From positions 576,001 through 640,000 of the forward strand of contig OZ244991.1 in the NCBI GenBank assembly GCA_965223335.1: a stretch of DNA of 64,000 nt, in the 5' to 3' direction. Each line of letters starts with the position of its first letter. The first letter of the stretch is position 1. This document shows positions 35,762 to 45,522 of the stretch, one piece after another. A model generated the notes under the pieces. It saw only the letters and a program-made list of their open reading frames with translations, was not told the DNA's origin and searched no databases. The position numbers were made by a program, and so were the translations under genes. The DNA is from Thermodesulfobacteriota bacterium (GTDB lineage Bacteria; Desulfobacterota_D; UBA1144; Nemesobacterales; UBA2774).

Positions 35762-38587
35762 ATGTCCAGAATTAATGAACTGGCAGATCTAGGACAATCG
35801 ATTTGGTACGACTATATAAGGCGGTCTTTTATTACTGGGGGCGAGCTAAAGGCACTTATTGACGAGGGGCTTAGGGGTGAGACCTCCAACCCCTCTATCT
35901 TAGAGAAAGCAATTGCAGGTAGTGCCGATTATGACGAAGACCTGAAATTACTGGTGGATCAAAACAAATCTGTAAACGAGATCTACGAAGCACTGGCACT
36001 AAAGGACATTGCCCTTGCCGCAGACGAGTTCAGGCCGCTCTACGAGAAAACCGGGGGAGCTGACGGCTATATAAGCCTCGAGGTAAGCCCAACTCTGGCT
36101 AACGATACGAAACAAACGATCAAGGACGCTAAACGGTATTTTGTAGCTTTAGGAAGACCTAACGTAATGATAAAGGTGCCTGCCACACCTGCAGGGATTC
36201 CCGCAATTACAGCACTTATAAGCTCGGGCATTAACATAAATGTCACACTCATGTTCAGTTTAGAGCAGTACAAGGCCGTGTCCGAGGCCTACATTAAGGG
36301 GCTTGAGATTCTGGCTGCTAACGGACCCACGGTTTTTAAGGGTCACACTGTAGACCGCGTGGCATCCGTGGCATCGTTCTTTGTAAGCCGCGTGGACACA
36401 GCCGTAGACGTAGAGCTCGAGAAGATCGGCAACAAGGACCTTCAGGGCAAAATAGCTATCGCCAACGCAAAAGTAACCTACGAATACTTCAAAAAAACAT
36501 TTAAGGGCCCCAGGTGGAATGCCCTTGCAAAACAAGGCGCCAATGTACAAAGAGTGCTCTGGGCCAGCACCAGCACCAAAAACCCTGCTTATCCCGACAC
36601 CCTATATGTGGACGAGCTTATAGGACCCATGACCGTAAACACAGTCCCCCCTGCAACTTACAAGAATTTCAGGGATCACGGCACAGTCTCCATCACGTTG
36701 ACTAAAGGAGTTTCACGGGCAAAAGCCGACCTCGAAAAACTGGCTAAGTTGGGCATAGACCTCAAAAAGATAACTAACGACTTACTAACAGACGGTGTGC
36801 ATAAATTCGCCAAATCCTTTGAAACACTTATGCAAAGCATCGCAGATAAAAGAGAAACCCTACTTAGTCTACGTGAGCCCTACTCGGCAAACCTGGGCGA
36901 CTTTCAACCCGCGGTAGATAAAGCTCTCGATAAAATCAAAAAGAAAAACATTCTCCAGAAAATCTGGAATTTTGACTTCCTCGTATGGGAAGACGAGCCC
37001 ACAGAGATAAGCAACCGTTTGGGCTGGCTCCACATCCCCGAGGTAATACAAGACGCACTGCCTGCGATCAATAAGATTGTGGACGACGTGCGCGAAGAGG
37101 GATACACACAGGCACTCTTGTTGGGTATGGGAGGGTCGAGTCTAGCACCGATTGTCATACGTGAGACATTCGGCATTCGTGACGGCTACCTGGATTATCA
37201 GGTCCTCGACAGCACAGATCCGGGAGCTGTTCTAGAGCACCGTAACCAACTCGATCTATCGAAAACACTATTTATGGTCTCCACAAAATCAGGTGGTACC
37301 GCTGAGTCCCTATCGTTCATGAAGTACTTCTATAACGAGGTGCAGAAAAAGGTCGGCAAGAGAGAGGTAGGAAAACACTTTGTCGCCATAACAGACCCGG
37401 GAAGCCCACTTGTAAAACTGGCATCGGACCTAAAATTTAGAAAAACATTCCTAAACGACCCGAACATTGGGGGAAGGTACTCGGCACTGTCCTATGTGGG
37501 TATTGTGCCTGCTGCTTTCGCAGGTGTCGACCTCGACACACTTTTGGAAAGGGCTGTTAAAATGCTCCATAACAACGAGAGCTGTAACTGCCCTGTGGAC
37601 GGGGACAATTCCGGGGTATGGCTGGGAGCAATCCTGGGCGAGCTTACTAAGGCCGGTCACGACAAGGTCACACTCATAGCCTCACCCCCGATTGAGAGCT
37701 TTGGCTCGTGGGTTGAGCAGTTAATAGCTGAGAGCACCGGCAAAAGCGGCAAGGGTATACTGCCGGTCGACCGCGAGCCTATAGGTGAGCCCAGGGACTA
37801 TGCAAACGACAGACTGTTCGTGTACCTTAGGCTTGCTCACAACAACACATACGACAAAAAGGTAAGTGCTCTAGAAGACGCCGGCTACCCGGTAGTAAGA
37901 ATCAACTTGCAGGACATATACGATATAGGCGGGGAGTTCTTTAGATGGGAGATGGCCATCGCTATTGCAGGGATGATCATAGGTATCCATCCGTTTAATC
38001 AGCCTAACGTAGAGGCCGCAAAGGTGCTCGCGCGCAAGATGATTGCAGAGTACGAAAAGAAAGGCAAATTGCCCGAGATTAAACCCACAGCTATGGACAA
38101 CGGCATTACTGTCTACTCAGATTTCAAAACCGATAGTGTTTCTAGCGCCATGACCAAGTTCCTGTCATTTGCAAAAAAAGGCAAAAACGAGTCGAAAGGC
38201 CGGAGCTACGTAACCCTCCAGGCCTATATCGAACCCACAGACAAGAACTACGATGCACTGCAAAAACTTCGCAAAAAAATAATGACTGAATACAGACTTG
38301 CTACAACGTCGGGGTTCGGCCCCAGGTTTCTCCACTCCACGGGCCAGCTTCACAAAGGCGACGCAGGCAACGGGCTCTTTATACAGTTCACTTCCGATAT
38401 GCCAAAAGACCTTCCTATACCAAATGAAGCAGGGAAAAAGGCTTCATCAATGAGCTTCGGGGTACTAAAGAATGCGCAGGTGCTGGGGGACCGAAAAGCC
38501 CTCTTGGATAGGGGACGTAAAGTAATCACATTTAATCTCGGCAAGGACACGGTAAGCGGTATCGATAAAATAAGGGAAAGTTTTTAG
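35762..38587 (+). CDS. tal-pgi: Bifunctional transaldolase / glucose-6-phosphate isomerase
   Basis: N-half TSNP, MIKVPAT, SFFVSRVD, LWAST; C-half GMGGS, TKSGGT, GGRYS, QLIAESTGK, NQPNVE. Confidence 0.93.
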   Translation: MSRINELADLGQSIWYDYIRRSFITGGELKALIDEGLRGETSNPSILEKAIAGSADYDEDLKLLVDQNKSVNEIYEALALKDIALAADEFRPLYEKTGGADGYISLEVSPTLANDTKQTIKDAKRYFVALGRPNVMIKVPATPAGIPAITALISSGININVTLMFSLEQYKAVSEAYIKGLEILAANGPTVFKGHTVDRVASVASFFVSRVDTAVDVELEKIGNKDLQGKIAIANAKVTYEYFKKTFKGPRWNALAKQGANVQRVLWASTSTKNPAYPDTLYVDELIGPMTVNTVPPATYKNFRDHGTVSITLTKGVSRAKADLEKLAKLGIDLKKITNDLLTDGVHKFAKSFETLMQSIADKRETLLSLREPYSANLGDFQPAVDKALDKIKKKNILQKIWNFDFLVWEDEPTEISNRLGWLHIPEVIQDALPAINKIVDDVREEGYTQALLLGMGGSSLAPIVIRETFGIRDGYLDYQVLDSTDPGAVLEHRNQLDLSKTLFMVSTKSGGTAESLSFMKYFYNEVQKKVGKREVGKHFVAITDPGSPLVKLASDLKFRKTFLNDPNIGGRYSALSYVGIVPAAFAGVDLDTLLERAVKMLHNNESCNCPVDGDNSGVWLGAILGELTKAGHDKVTLIASPPIESFGSWVEQLIAESTGKSGKGILPVDREPIGEPRDYANDRLFVYLRLAHNNTYDKKVSALEDAGYPVVRINLQDIYDIGGEFFRWEMAIAIAGMIIGIHPFNQPNVEAAKVLARKMIAEYEKKGKLPEIKPTAMDNGITVYSDFKTDSVSSAMTKFLSFAKKGKNESKGRSYVTLQAYIEPTDKNYDALQKLRKKIMTEYRLATTSGFGPRFLHSTGQLHKGDAGNGLFIQFTSDMPKDLPIPNEAGKKASSMSFGVLKNAQVLGDRKALLDRGRKVITFNLGKDTVSGIDKIRESF

Positions 38588-38598
38588 ACCGAACTAAA

Positions 38599-39333
38599 GT
38601 GATAAGCTCATTCCTATTTGATCTAGACGGCACACTTGTGCAAACAGAGGCACTTAAGGCTGAGTCATATGCACGGGCAGCCGTGGTGTTGGACCCCACA
38701 CTTACAGAGCAGGAAGTAATAGACGCTTTTAAAGATTTTGTGGGCCTGTCGAGAAAAGAGGTAGCCGAGGGGCTCATGAATAGATTTAACCTAGAGCCCA
38801 AGGCGAGTGCGCTTATGACCCGCTTTAATGTGCAACAGCCCTGGCAGGCATACGTGCACCTACGGATGGAGAACTACTACGAGATGATCTCAGACCCGGA
38901 GATTCTAAAGAGCCACCTCTGTCCCTATAACATGGGTCTGCTCAAGTGGGCGCGTGGAGAAAACTACCCCACAGGACTTGCCACCATGTCGCAAAGAAGA
39001 GAGGCGACTAGGGTGCTCAAGGTACTTAGGATCACAGACGAGTTCGATTTTATCGCTACTATTGAAGACGTTGACCGCGGGAAACCCAACCCTGAAATCT
39101 ATCTGCTCCTCTCGGACGAGTTGGAGATAGACCCGGACTCGTGCCTAGTTATTGAAGACTCGGCCTCGGGTGTAAAGGCCGCACTCGCCGCCGGCATGAA
39201 CTGTATAGTGGTCACAACAGAGTTTACAAGAGACGCAGTACATCGGTTAAACTCAAATGGGAACATGGTTATATTAGATTCTCCGAAAGAGTTGTTAGAT
39301 GTAGCAAAGGATTTTATTAACCGCAAAAGATAG
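38599..39333 (+). CDS. HAD-family phosphatase (beta-PGM-like)
   Basis: FDLDGTL, GKPNPEIY, IEDSASG. Confidence 0.85.
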   Translation: MISSFLFDLDGTLVQTEALKAESYARAAVVLDPTLTEQEVIDAFKDFVGLSRKEVAEGLMNRFNLEPKASALMTRFNVQQPWQAYVHLRMENYYEMISDPEILKSHLCPYNMGLLKWARGENYPTGLATMSQRREATRVLKVLRITDEFDFIATIEDVDRGKPNPEIYLLLSDELEIDPDSCLVIEDSASGVKAALAAGMNCIVVTTEFTRDAVHRLNSNGNMVILDSPKELLDVAKDFINRKR

Positions 39334-39350
39334 ACTAGGAGAGAACATAG

Positions 39351-40085
39351 TTGAGCACGTCCCTTACAAACGGCAAACAGAACCTGCTTCAGACCCTAAA
39401 GAAAGAGGCCGCTCTAAACGCCGTGAACTTCGTAGAATCGGGCATGGTGCTCGGACTCGGGACGGGGAGTACTACCAAGTATGCGCTTGAGGAGATTGGA
39501 CGCAGACTAAAGAGCGGCAAACTGACCGATATAATCGGCATACCCAGTTCCATCCGCACAGAGGAGTCGGCCAAAGAGTACGGGATACCTATTGTTACAT
39601 TTGACGATAAACAGTCCCTCGACCTCACAATCGACGGCGCCGATGAAGTCGATGCCGAGCTAAACCTTATCAAGGGAGGGGGCGGTGCGCTGCTTAGAGA
39701 AAAAGTACTGGCCCAATCGAGCAAAAGAAATATCATGATTGTGGACGAGACAAAACTCTCGCCCAAGCTCGGAACCCACAGGCCGTTACCTGTAGAGGTA
39801 GTGCCCTTTGCATGGAAACCTGTTGCAGAGTATATAAAATCGCTTGGAGGCACTCCAAAACTCAGACTTACCGATAATGAAACTCCCTATAATACCGATC
39901 AAAGCAACTACATATTGGACTGTGACTTCGGTCCCATATCCAACCTGGAAGTACTGGCCGCAAGCCTGGAAGCACGAGCCGGGATCGTAGAACACGGATT
40001 GTTTATAGGTACTGCAACCGAGGTAATTGCAGCCACAGAAAGAGGCATCAGGTACTTAAAGAGAACAAAAGAATCAAATACCTAG
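39351..40085 (+). CDS. rpiA: Ribose-5-phosphate isomerase A
   Basis: GLGTGST, DGADE, KGGGGALLREK, VEHGLF. Confidence 0.96.
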   Translation: MSTSLTNGKQNLLQTLKKEAALNAVNFVESGMVLGLGTGSTTKYALEEIGRRLKSGKLTDIIGIPSSIRTEESAKEYGIPIVTFDDKQSLDLTIDGADEVDAELNLIKGGGGALLREKVLAQSSKRNIMIVDETKLSPKLGTHRPLPVEVVPFAWKPVAEYIKSLGGTPKLRLTDNETPYNTDQSNYILDCDFGPISNLEVLAASLEARAGIVEHGLFIGTATEVIAATERGIRYLKRTKESNT

Positions 40086-40088
40086 GTA

Positions 40089-40754
40089 TTGTCTATGACG
40101 GTCTCAATCGAACCCTCATTGCTCTCGGCGGATTACAACAAACTAGGCGAAGCAGCGCTTAGTGCTGAAAAAGCCGGGGTGAGTGCCGTTCAGATCGATG
40201 TCATGGACGGCAGATTTGTACCCAACATTAATTTCGGCCCCCAAGTGGTCTCTGCACTAAGGCCCGTTGTGAATTTAATGCTGGATGTGCATCTCATGAT
40301 AGAGGAGCCGATCCGTTTTATTAGGGCTTTTGTTGAAGCAGGTGCAGACCGAATAATCGTACACCAAGAAGCATGTACCCACCTCCATAGAACTCTCGAA
40401 TCCATTAAAGAACACGGCGTTTTGGCCGGGATCACACTTAACCCCGCAACGCCTGCTAATCTGATATACGAAGTGTTGGATTTGGCTGATTATATTCAGG
40501 TCATGGGTGTTAATCCCGGGTTCGGAGGACAAAAATTCATCCACTCTCAACTCGACAAGATAAAAGAGATAAATGAAAAGCTAGCGGCATTGGACATCGA
40601 TAAACCGATCGGTCTTGACGGCGGTATAAGTACTGAGACTGCACCATTGGTAGTTGAGGCCGGGGCTACGGTACTAGTGGCCGGATCCAGTGTATACAAC
40701 TCACGGGGTAGTGTTGAGGAAAACATAAAAGCACTGCTTCAAACAGTAGAGTAG
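40089..40754 (+). CDS. rpe: Ribulose-phosphate 3-epimerase
   Basis: PSLLSAD, DVMDGRFVPN, DVHLM, NPGFGGQ, DGG, VAGS. Confidence 0.95.
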   Translation: MSMTVSIEPSLLSADYNKLGEAALSAEKAGVSAVQIDVMDGRFVPNINFGPQVVSALRPVVNLMLDVHLMIEEPIRFIRAFVEAGADRIIVHQEACTHLHRTLESIKEHGVLAGITLNPATPANLIYEVLDLADYIQVMGVNPGFGGQKFIHSQLDKIKEINEKLAALDIDKPIGLDGGISTETAPLVVEAGATVLVAGSSVYNSRGSVEENIKALLQTVE

Positions 40755-40828
40755 TGTTTTCATTACCCACAAAAAATGTTAAGAATTACAATGATGGACA
40801 GAAAATTCAGCAATTCAAGGAGGGAATC

Positions 40829-41725
40829 ATGAAAATTGGAATGATAGGACTTGGAAAGATGGGCGGAAATATGACAGAGAGGCTTCTTAGAGACGGCCAC
40901 AAAGTAGTCGCATACAACCTAACACCCGGGCCAATTGAGGAAGCAGCTAAAAAAGGGGCTATACCGGCTAAATCCCTTAAGGATCTGGTCAGAAAACTAC
41001 CCAGGAAAAAGGTAGTGTGGCTAATGGTCCCGGCCGGAAAACCTGTAGATCAAAACATTAGGGAGCTAAAAACACTTCTTACAAAAGGCGATATCATCAT
41101 CGATGGAGGGAACTCGGAATGGCAGGATTCTCAGAAGCGGGCTAAGTCAGTAGCACCAAAAGGTATCAATTTTATAGACTGTGGGGTAAGCGGTGGTGTG
41201 TGGGGACTAAAAGAGGGCTACTGCCTTATGTACGGCGGAGACAAAAACGCGTGCGACTACGCAGAACCCATCTTTAAAACCCTGGCACCGAAAAAGGGTT
41301 ATCTGTATTGCGGGCCCGTCGGATCGGGGCACTATGTAAAAATGGTTCATAACGGTATTGAGTACGGACTACTCCAGGCCTATGCTGAGGGGTTTGCAGT
41401 ACTAGAGAGCTCGGAATTCGACCTCGACCTTCGTGCCATTAGCAGTGTTTGGCAGTACGGCAGTGTGATCCGCTCTTGGATTCTCGAGTTGGCCGAAAGG
41501 GTGTTTAAGGCCGATCCGACACTAGAAGACTTGGAACCCTATGTTTGGGACAGTGGCGAGGGACGCTGGACAGTTGAAGCCGCGATCCGTCAAAACGTCC
41601 CCGCACCGATTATCACTGCCTCGTTGATAGCCCGGCTGCAGTCGCGCGACTCGGACTCGTTCTCTATGAAGACCATTGCGGCGCTTAGAAACCAGTTTGG
41701 CGGACACGCTGTCAAAAAGAAATAG
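40829..41725 (+). CDS. gnd: 6-phosphogluconate dehydrogenase, short-chain type
   Basis: GLGKMG, DGGNS, SGGVWG, KMVHNGIEY, DSGEGRW, FGGH. Start set at ATG 40829 after AAGGAGG. Confidence 0.94.
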   Translation: MKIGMIGLGKMGGNMTERLLRDGHKVVAYNLTPGPIEEAAKKGAIPAKSLKDLVRKLPRKKVVWLMVPAGKPVDQNIRELKTLLTKGDIIIDGGNSEWQDSQKRAKSVAPKGINFIDCGVSGGVWGLKEGYCLMYGGDKNACDYAEPIFKTLAPKKGYLYCGPVGSGHYVKMVHNGIEYGLLQAYAEGFAVLESSEFDLDLRAISSVWQYGSVIRSWILELAERVFKADPTLEDLEPYVWDSGEGRWTVEAAIRQNVPAPIITASLIARLQSRDSDSFSMKTIAALRNQFGGHAVKKK

Positions 41726-41739
41726 GAAAGGGGGAGAAA

Positions 41740-43278
41740 ATGGAAAAACCACAGAGCTGTATAGTCGTCATATTCGGCGCCTCGGGCGACCTTACCAAAC
41801 GCAAACTCATGCCCGCAATCTATGCACTTTACAGGCAGGGACTCTTACCCGACAGGTTTGCTATACTCGGGACCAGCCGCTCACCTTACACTGACGCCGC
41901 GTTCAGAAAAAAAATCGTGCAGGACGTTAAAACATATGCGGGGCTTAAGAAAAAAGACCTAAAGCAGCTCACGGCATTTTCCAAACATATCTATTACCAG
42001 GCGAACGATGCTACGAAGTTAAGCGACTATGACGACCTAAAGACAAAACTCGCATCCATAGATAAAGAACTTCGTATCGGTGGCAACTATATCTATTACC
42101 TCTCGACCTCGCCTTCACTCTATACCAAAATTGCCGAGAACTTAGGTGCTAAGGAGCTCCAGGTCGAGAAAAACGGCAAGCAGTGGAAGCGGATCATTAT
42201 CGAAAAACCCTTTGGGCGCGACCTGGTCTCAGCAAGGGCTCTAAACAAAGACCTGCAGCGCATTTTCTCGGAAGACCAGATATATCGTATCGACCACTAT
42301 CTGGGCAAAGAAACCGTACAAGACATATTTGCGTTTAGGTTCGCAAACGGTATTTTCGAGCCCCTTTGGAACCGCAACTACATAAGCCGTGTGGAGATAA
42401 CGGCTGCCGAGTCGATAGGGGTTGAGGAAAGAGGCGGATACTACGACCACTACGGGGCACTCCGAGACATGATACAAAACCACCTGCTTCAGGTCCTGGG
42501 CACAGTAGCCATAGAGCCTCCTTCAAAGTTCGATGCTACCTCGGTTCGAAACGAGACCGTGAAAATATTCCAGTCACTGCGCCCGATCGAGCCCCGGAAT
42601 GTGGCAAAATCGGTTGTACGCGGACAGTACATGGAATCCAAGATCAGGGGACAGAAAGTGACCGGCTACCGCCAGGAGCCCAACGTCGCGTCCGACTCGC
42701 GCACAGAGACCTTTGTCGCACTCAAGCTCTATATAGACAACTGGCGCTGGGGCAATGTGCCGTTTTACCTGCGCACAGGAAAGCGCCTGCCCACAAGGGT
42801 AAGCGAGGTAGTAATCCACTTTAAGAAAACCCCGCACCACCTTTTTACCGAGGCAGAGCTCTGCGATGCAAGCCCTAACCAACTCGTTATTCGCATACAG
42901 CCCGACGAAGGCATAATGCTTAACTTCGGTATGAAAAAGCCCGGCACAGGGTTCGATATTAAAGAGGTCGACATGGACTTTCATTACTCGGAACTTGCCG
43001 ATGCTTATATCCCAGAGGCATATGAGAGGCTCATATTGGACTGCATGTTTGGCGATGCCACACACTATGCCAGAGCCGACGCTGTCGAGGCCTGCTGGGA
43101 GTTTGTGGACCCGATACTGAGCGCATGGGAAAAGAGACCGAAGCTAAAGATCTACGGCTACCCTGCCGGTACATGGGGCCCCGACGAGGCCCGTCAACTG
43201 CTGTTTGACTGCCCTGATGACGATTGGAGATACCCCTGCAAGAACCTGGCATCGAGCGGAGAGTACTGCGAGTTATGA
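41740..43278 (+). CDS. zwf: Glucose-6-phosphate 1-dehydrogenase
   Basis: GASGDL, EKPFG, RIDHYLGKE, DMIQNH, RTGKRL. Confidence 0.97.
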   Translation: MEKPQSCIVVIFGASGDLTKRKLMPAIYALYRQGLLPDRFAILGTSRSPYTDAAFRKKIVQDVKTYAGLKKKDLKQLTAFSKHIYYQANDATKLSDYDDLKTKLASIDKELRIGGNYIYYLSTSPSLYTKIAENLGAKELQVEKNGKQWKRIIIEKPFGRDLVSARALNKDLQRIFSEDQIYRIDHYLGKETVQDIFAFRFANGIFEPLWNRNYISRVEITAAESIGVEERGGYYDHYGALRDMIQNHLLQVLGTVAIEPPSKFDATSVRNETVKIFQSLRPIEPRNVAKSVVRGQYMESKIRGQKVTGYRQEPNVASDSRTETFVALKLYIDNWRWGNVPFYLRTGKRLPTRVSEVVIHFKKTPHHLFTEAELCDASPNQLVIRIQPDEGIMLNFGMKKPGTGFDIKEVDMDFHYSELADAYIPEAYERLILDCMFGDATHYARADAVEACWEFVDPILSAWEKRPKLKIYGYPAGTWGPDEARQLLFDCPDDDWRYPCKNLASSGEYCEL

Positions 43279-43303
43279 TACAAAGTGAAAAGTAGGAGAT
43301 ATT

Positions 43304-44032
43304 TTGGAAATCTACTCATTTTCAGACCTAAATGATTTAGCATCCAAATTAGCCAGTGATTTTAATGATGCGGTCATGGCACATGCAAGGTCGGGTGTAC
43401 CGATTCATATTGCCCTTTCGGGCGGACACACCCCCAAAAAGTTCTTTGAACTACTCGCAAAACCCCCGTATCAAAACGGAATACCATGGGGCAATGTGAT
43501 CTTTTACTGGGGGGACGAGCGAATGGTACTACCAGATAACGATGAGAGCAACTATAAAATGACAAACGATTCCCTCCTATCACATATACACATCCCCCCT
43601 GACAATATAGAGCGGATCAGGGGTGAGGACCCTCCGCAAGAAGAGGTCGAGAGATATGAACAGGTGATAAAAAACACGGTCCCGTCTAATGACAATGACC
43701 TGCCCGAGTTCGACTGGGTTCTTTTAGGGATGGGGGACGACGGCCACACTGCGTCTCTTTTCCCGGGTGCAGACACTTTGAACGAGACCGAGCGGGTCTG
43801 TGTGGTAGCTACGCATCCCCAATCGGGCCAAAAACGTATTAGCATCACACTCCCAGTAATCAACAATGCAAAGCGGGTATCGTTTCTTGTTTCCGGGTCT
43901 GCCAAAACCCCGGTACTAAAAGAAATCCTTCAGGCTAAGGGCACCTCACTACCCTACCCGGCTTCCATGGTAAAACCCTCTCAAGGCACACTCGAATGGT
44001 ATGTGGACAAAGAAGCCGCCCCGTGGTTATAA
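43304..44032 (+). CDS. pgl: 6-phosphogluconolactonase
   Basis: LSGGHTP, WGDER, SNY, LGMGDDGHTASLFP. Confidence 0.95.
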   Translation: MEIYSFSDLNDLASKLASDFNDAVMAHARSGVPIHIALSGGHTPKKFFELLAKPPYQNGIPWGNVIFYWGDERMVLPDNDESNYKMTNDSLLSHIHIPPDNIERIRGEDPPQEEVERYEQVIKNTVPSNDNDLPEFDWVLLGMGDDGHTASLFPGADTLNETERVCVVATHPQSGQKRISITLPVINNAKRVSFLVSGSAKTPVLKEILQAKGTSLPYPASMVKPSQGTLEWYVDKEAAPWL

Positions 44033-45349
44033 CCATATGTAGCGGGCCACGAATAAAATTGCAAACAGGTGAATGAGCCAGTGTACGTTACGTGCCCGTC
44101 CCGTAGCTATCTTCAATAACACATAGGATATAACCCCAAATGAGATCCCCTCGGTGATGCTAAACGCAAGAGGCATCATCACCATTGTCAGAAACGCGGG
44201 GATAGACTCGGTGTAGTCGCCCCATTCTATATTAACGACATTACGCATCATGAGACTACCCACGATAATGAGCGCCGGTGCGATCACAGGATAGAGTTTG
44301 ACACCACTTGCTAGGGTATAAGGGGCCCCAACCATCTCGACAAGGGGGCTAAAGAAAATGGCCAAGAGGAATAAACACGCGACTGTTAAAGCCGTTAATC
44401 CAGTCCTCCCTCCGGCTGATATACCGGAGCTGCTCTCTATATAACTTGTGACAGTAGATGTTCCCAGCAATGCACCCACCCATGTGGCTACAGCATCGGA
44501 AAGGAGTGCTTGACGGGCCCGGGGCAGCTTGCCGTTCTTCATCAATCCGGCCTGTTCACTGACCCCTATCAATGTGCCTACAGAATCAAATAGGTCGAGG
44601 AAAAGAAAAATGAATACAACTGTTATCATCCTAGGGTCTGTAAACAGCTTGGCGATCTCAAGCTTAAACAATGTCGGTGTTAGAGAAGGCGGGGCAGAAG
44701 CAACACCTTTAAATTCAACTACTCCCGCTAACAAGCCTGCAAGTACAGTTACTATGAGTCCTACAAATATTGCGCCCCGGAACTTAAGCGCAAACAACAC
44801 AGCCATCATCAATAAACCCAGTACGGTGATCAAGGTCGGGGTCGATTTGAGGTCCCCAAGAGTCACGTAGGTGGTGGGATGGCCGACAACAATTCCCGAC
44901 CACTCAAGCCCCACTAGTGCAATAAGTAATCCTATTCCCACCGGTATACCGCTCTTTAGACAACCCGGCAGAGCATTAATCAATGTATCCCTTAGCCCTA
45001 CGGTAGAAAGCAGAGTAAATATCACGCCGGATATAAACACCGCCCCCAGTGCCTGCTGCCATGTGTACCCGAGCGTCAACACTACAATATATGTGAAGTA
45101 AAAGTTATGGCCCATCGCAGGCGCCTGCGCTATAGGATAGTTAGCCAAATACGCCATCAACACCGTGCCCACCGCACTCGCAATACAGGTGGCGACAAGC
45201 ACAGCACCCGGGTCCATACCCGCCGCTCCCATGACCGCGGGCTGCACAAATATGATGTAGCACATGGTCATAAACGTAGTTGCACCTGCCAAAAGTTCGG
45301 TGCCGGGATTAGTATTGTTGTCGGATAGGTTGAAAAGTCGTTCGAACAT
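44027..45349 (-). CDS. NCS2/AzgA-type purine permease
   Basis: TTFMTMCYI, APAMG, DSVGTL, YIESSSG, GGRTGL. Confidence 0.92.
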   Translation of the reverse strand: MFERLFNLSDNNTNPGTELLAGATTFMTMCYIIFVQPAVMGAAGMDPGAVLVATCIASAVGTVLMAYLANYPIAQAPAMGHNFYFTYIVVLTLGYTWQQALGAVFISGVIFTLLSTVGLRDTLINALPGCLKSGIPVGIGLLIALVGLEWSGIVVGHPTTYVTLGDLKSTPTLITVLGLLMMAVLFALKFRGAIFVGLIVTVLAGLLAGVVEFKGVASAPPSLTPTLFKLEIAKLFTDPRMITVVFIFLFLDLFDSVGTLIGVSEQAGLMKNGKLPRARQALLSDAVATWVGALLGTSTVTSYIESSSGISAGGRTGLTALTVACLFLLAIFFSPLVEMVGAPYTLASGVKLYPVIAPALIIVGSLMMRNVVNIEWGDYTESIPAFLTMVMMPLAFSITEGISFGVISYVLLKIATGRARNVHWLIHLFAILFVARYIWL

Positions 45350-45522
45350 CTATGTTATTTAGCCGATTGCGTTTAGATGAAACCCCATTATCGCACAACC
45401 TATATCGCAATTCAATTCTATGCGTGCGAGGACGAAGTATGTTATTTAATGAGATTAAAAAGTATAATAGCTCCTCAAGCACAGTATAAAAACACAGTGC
45501 TTAGGGATGGTTAAAGATATTT

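Noticed and set aside
40754..40828. 25-aa N-terminal extension of Gnd
   Set aside because: A strong AAGGAGG SD precedes ATG 40829, where the Rossmann fold begins.
45350..45522. Purine riboswitch upstream of the NCS2 permease
   Set aside because: Conserved purine aptamer core sequences are not seen on the minus strand.
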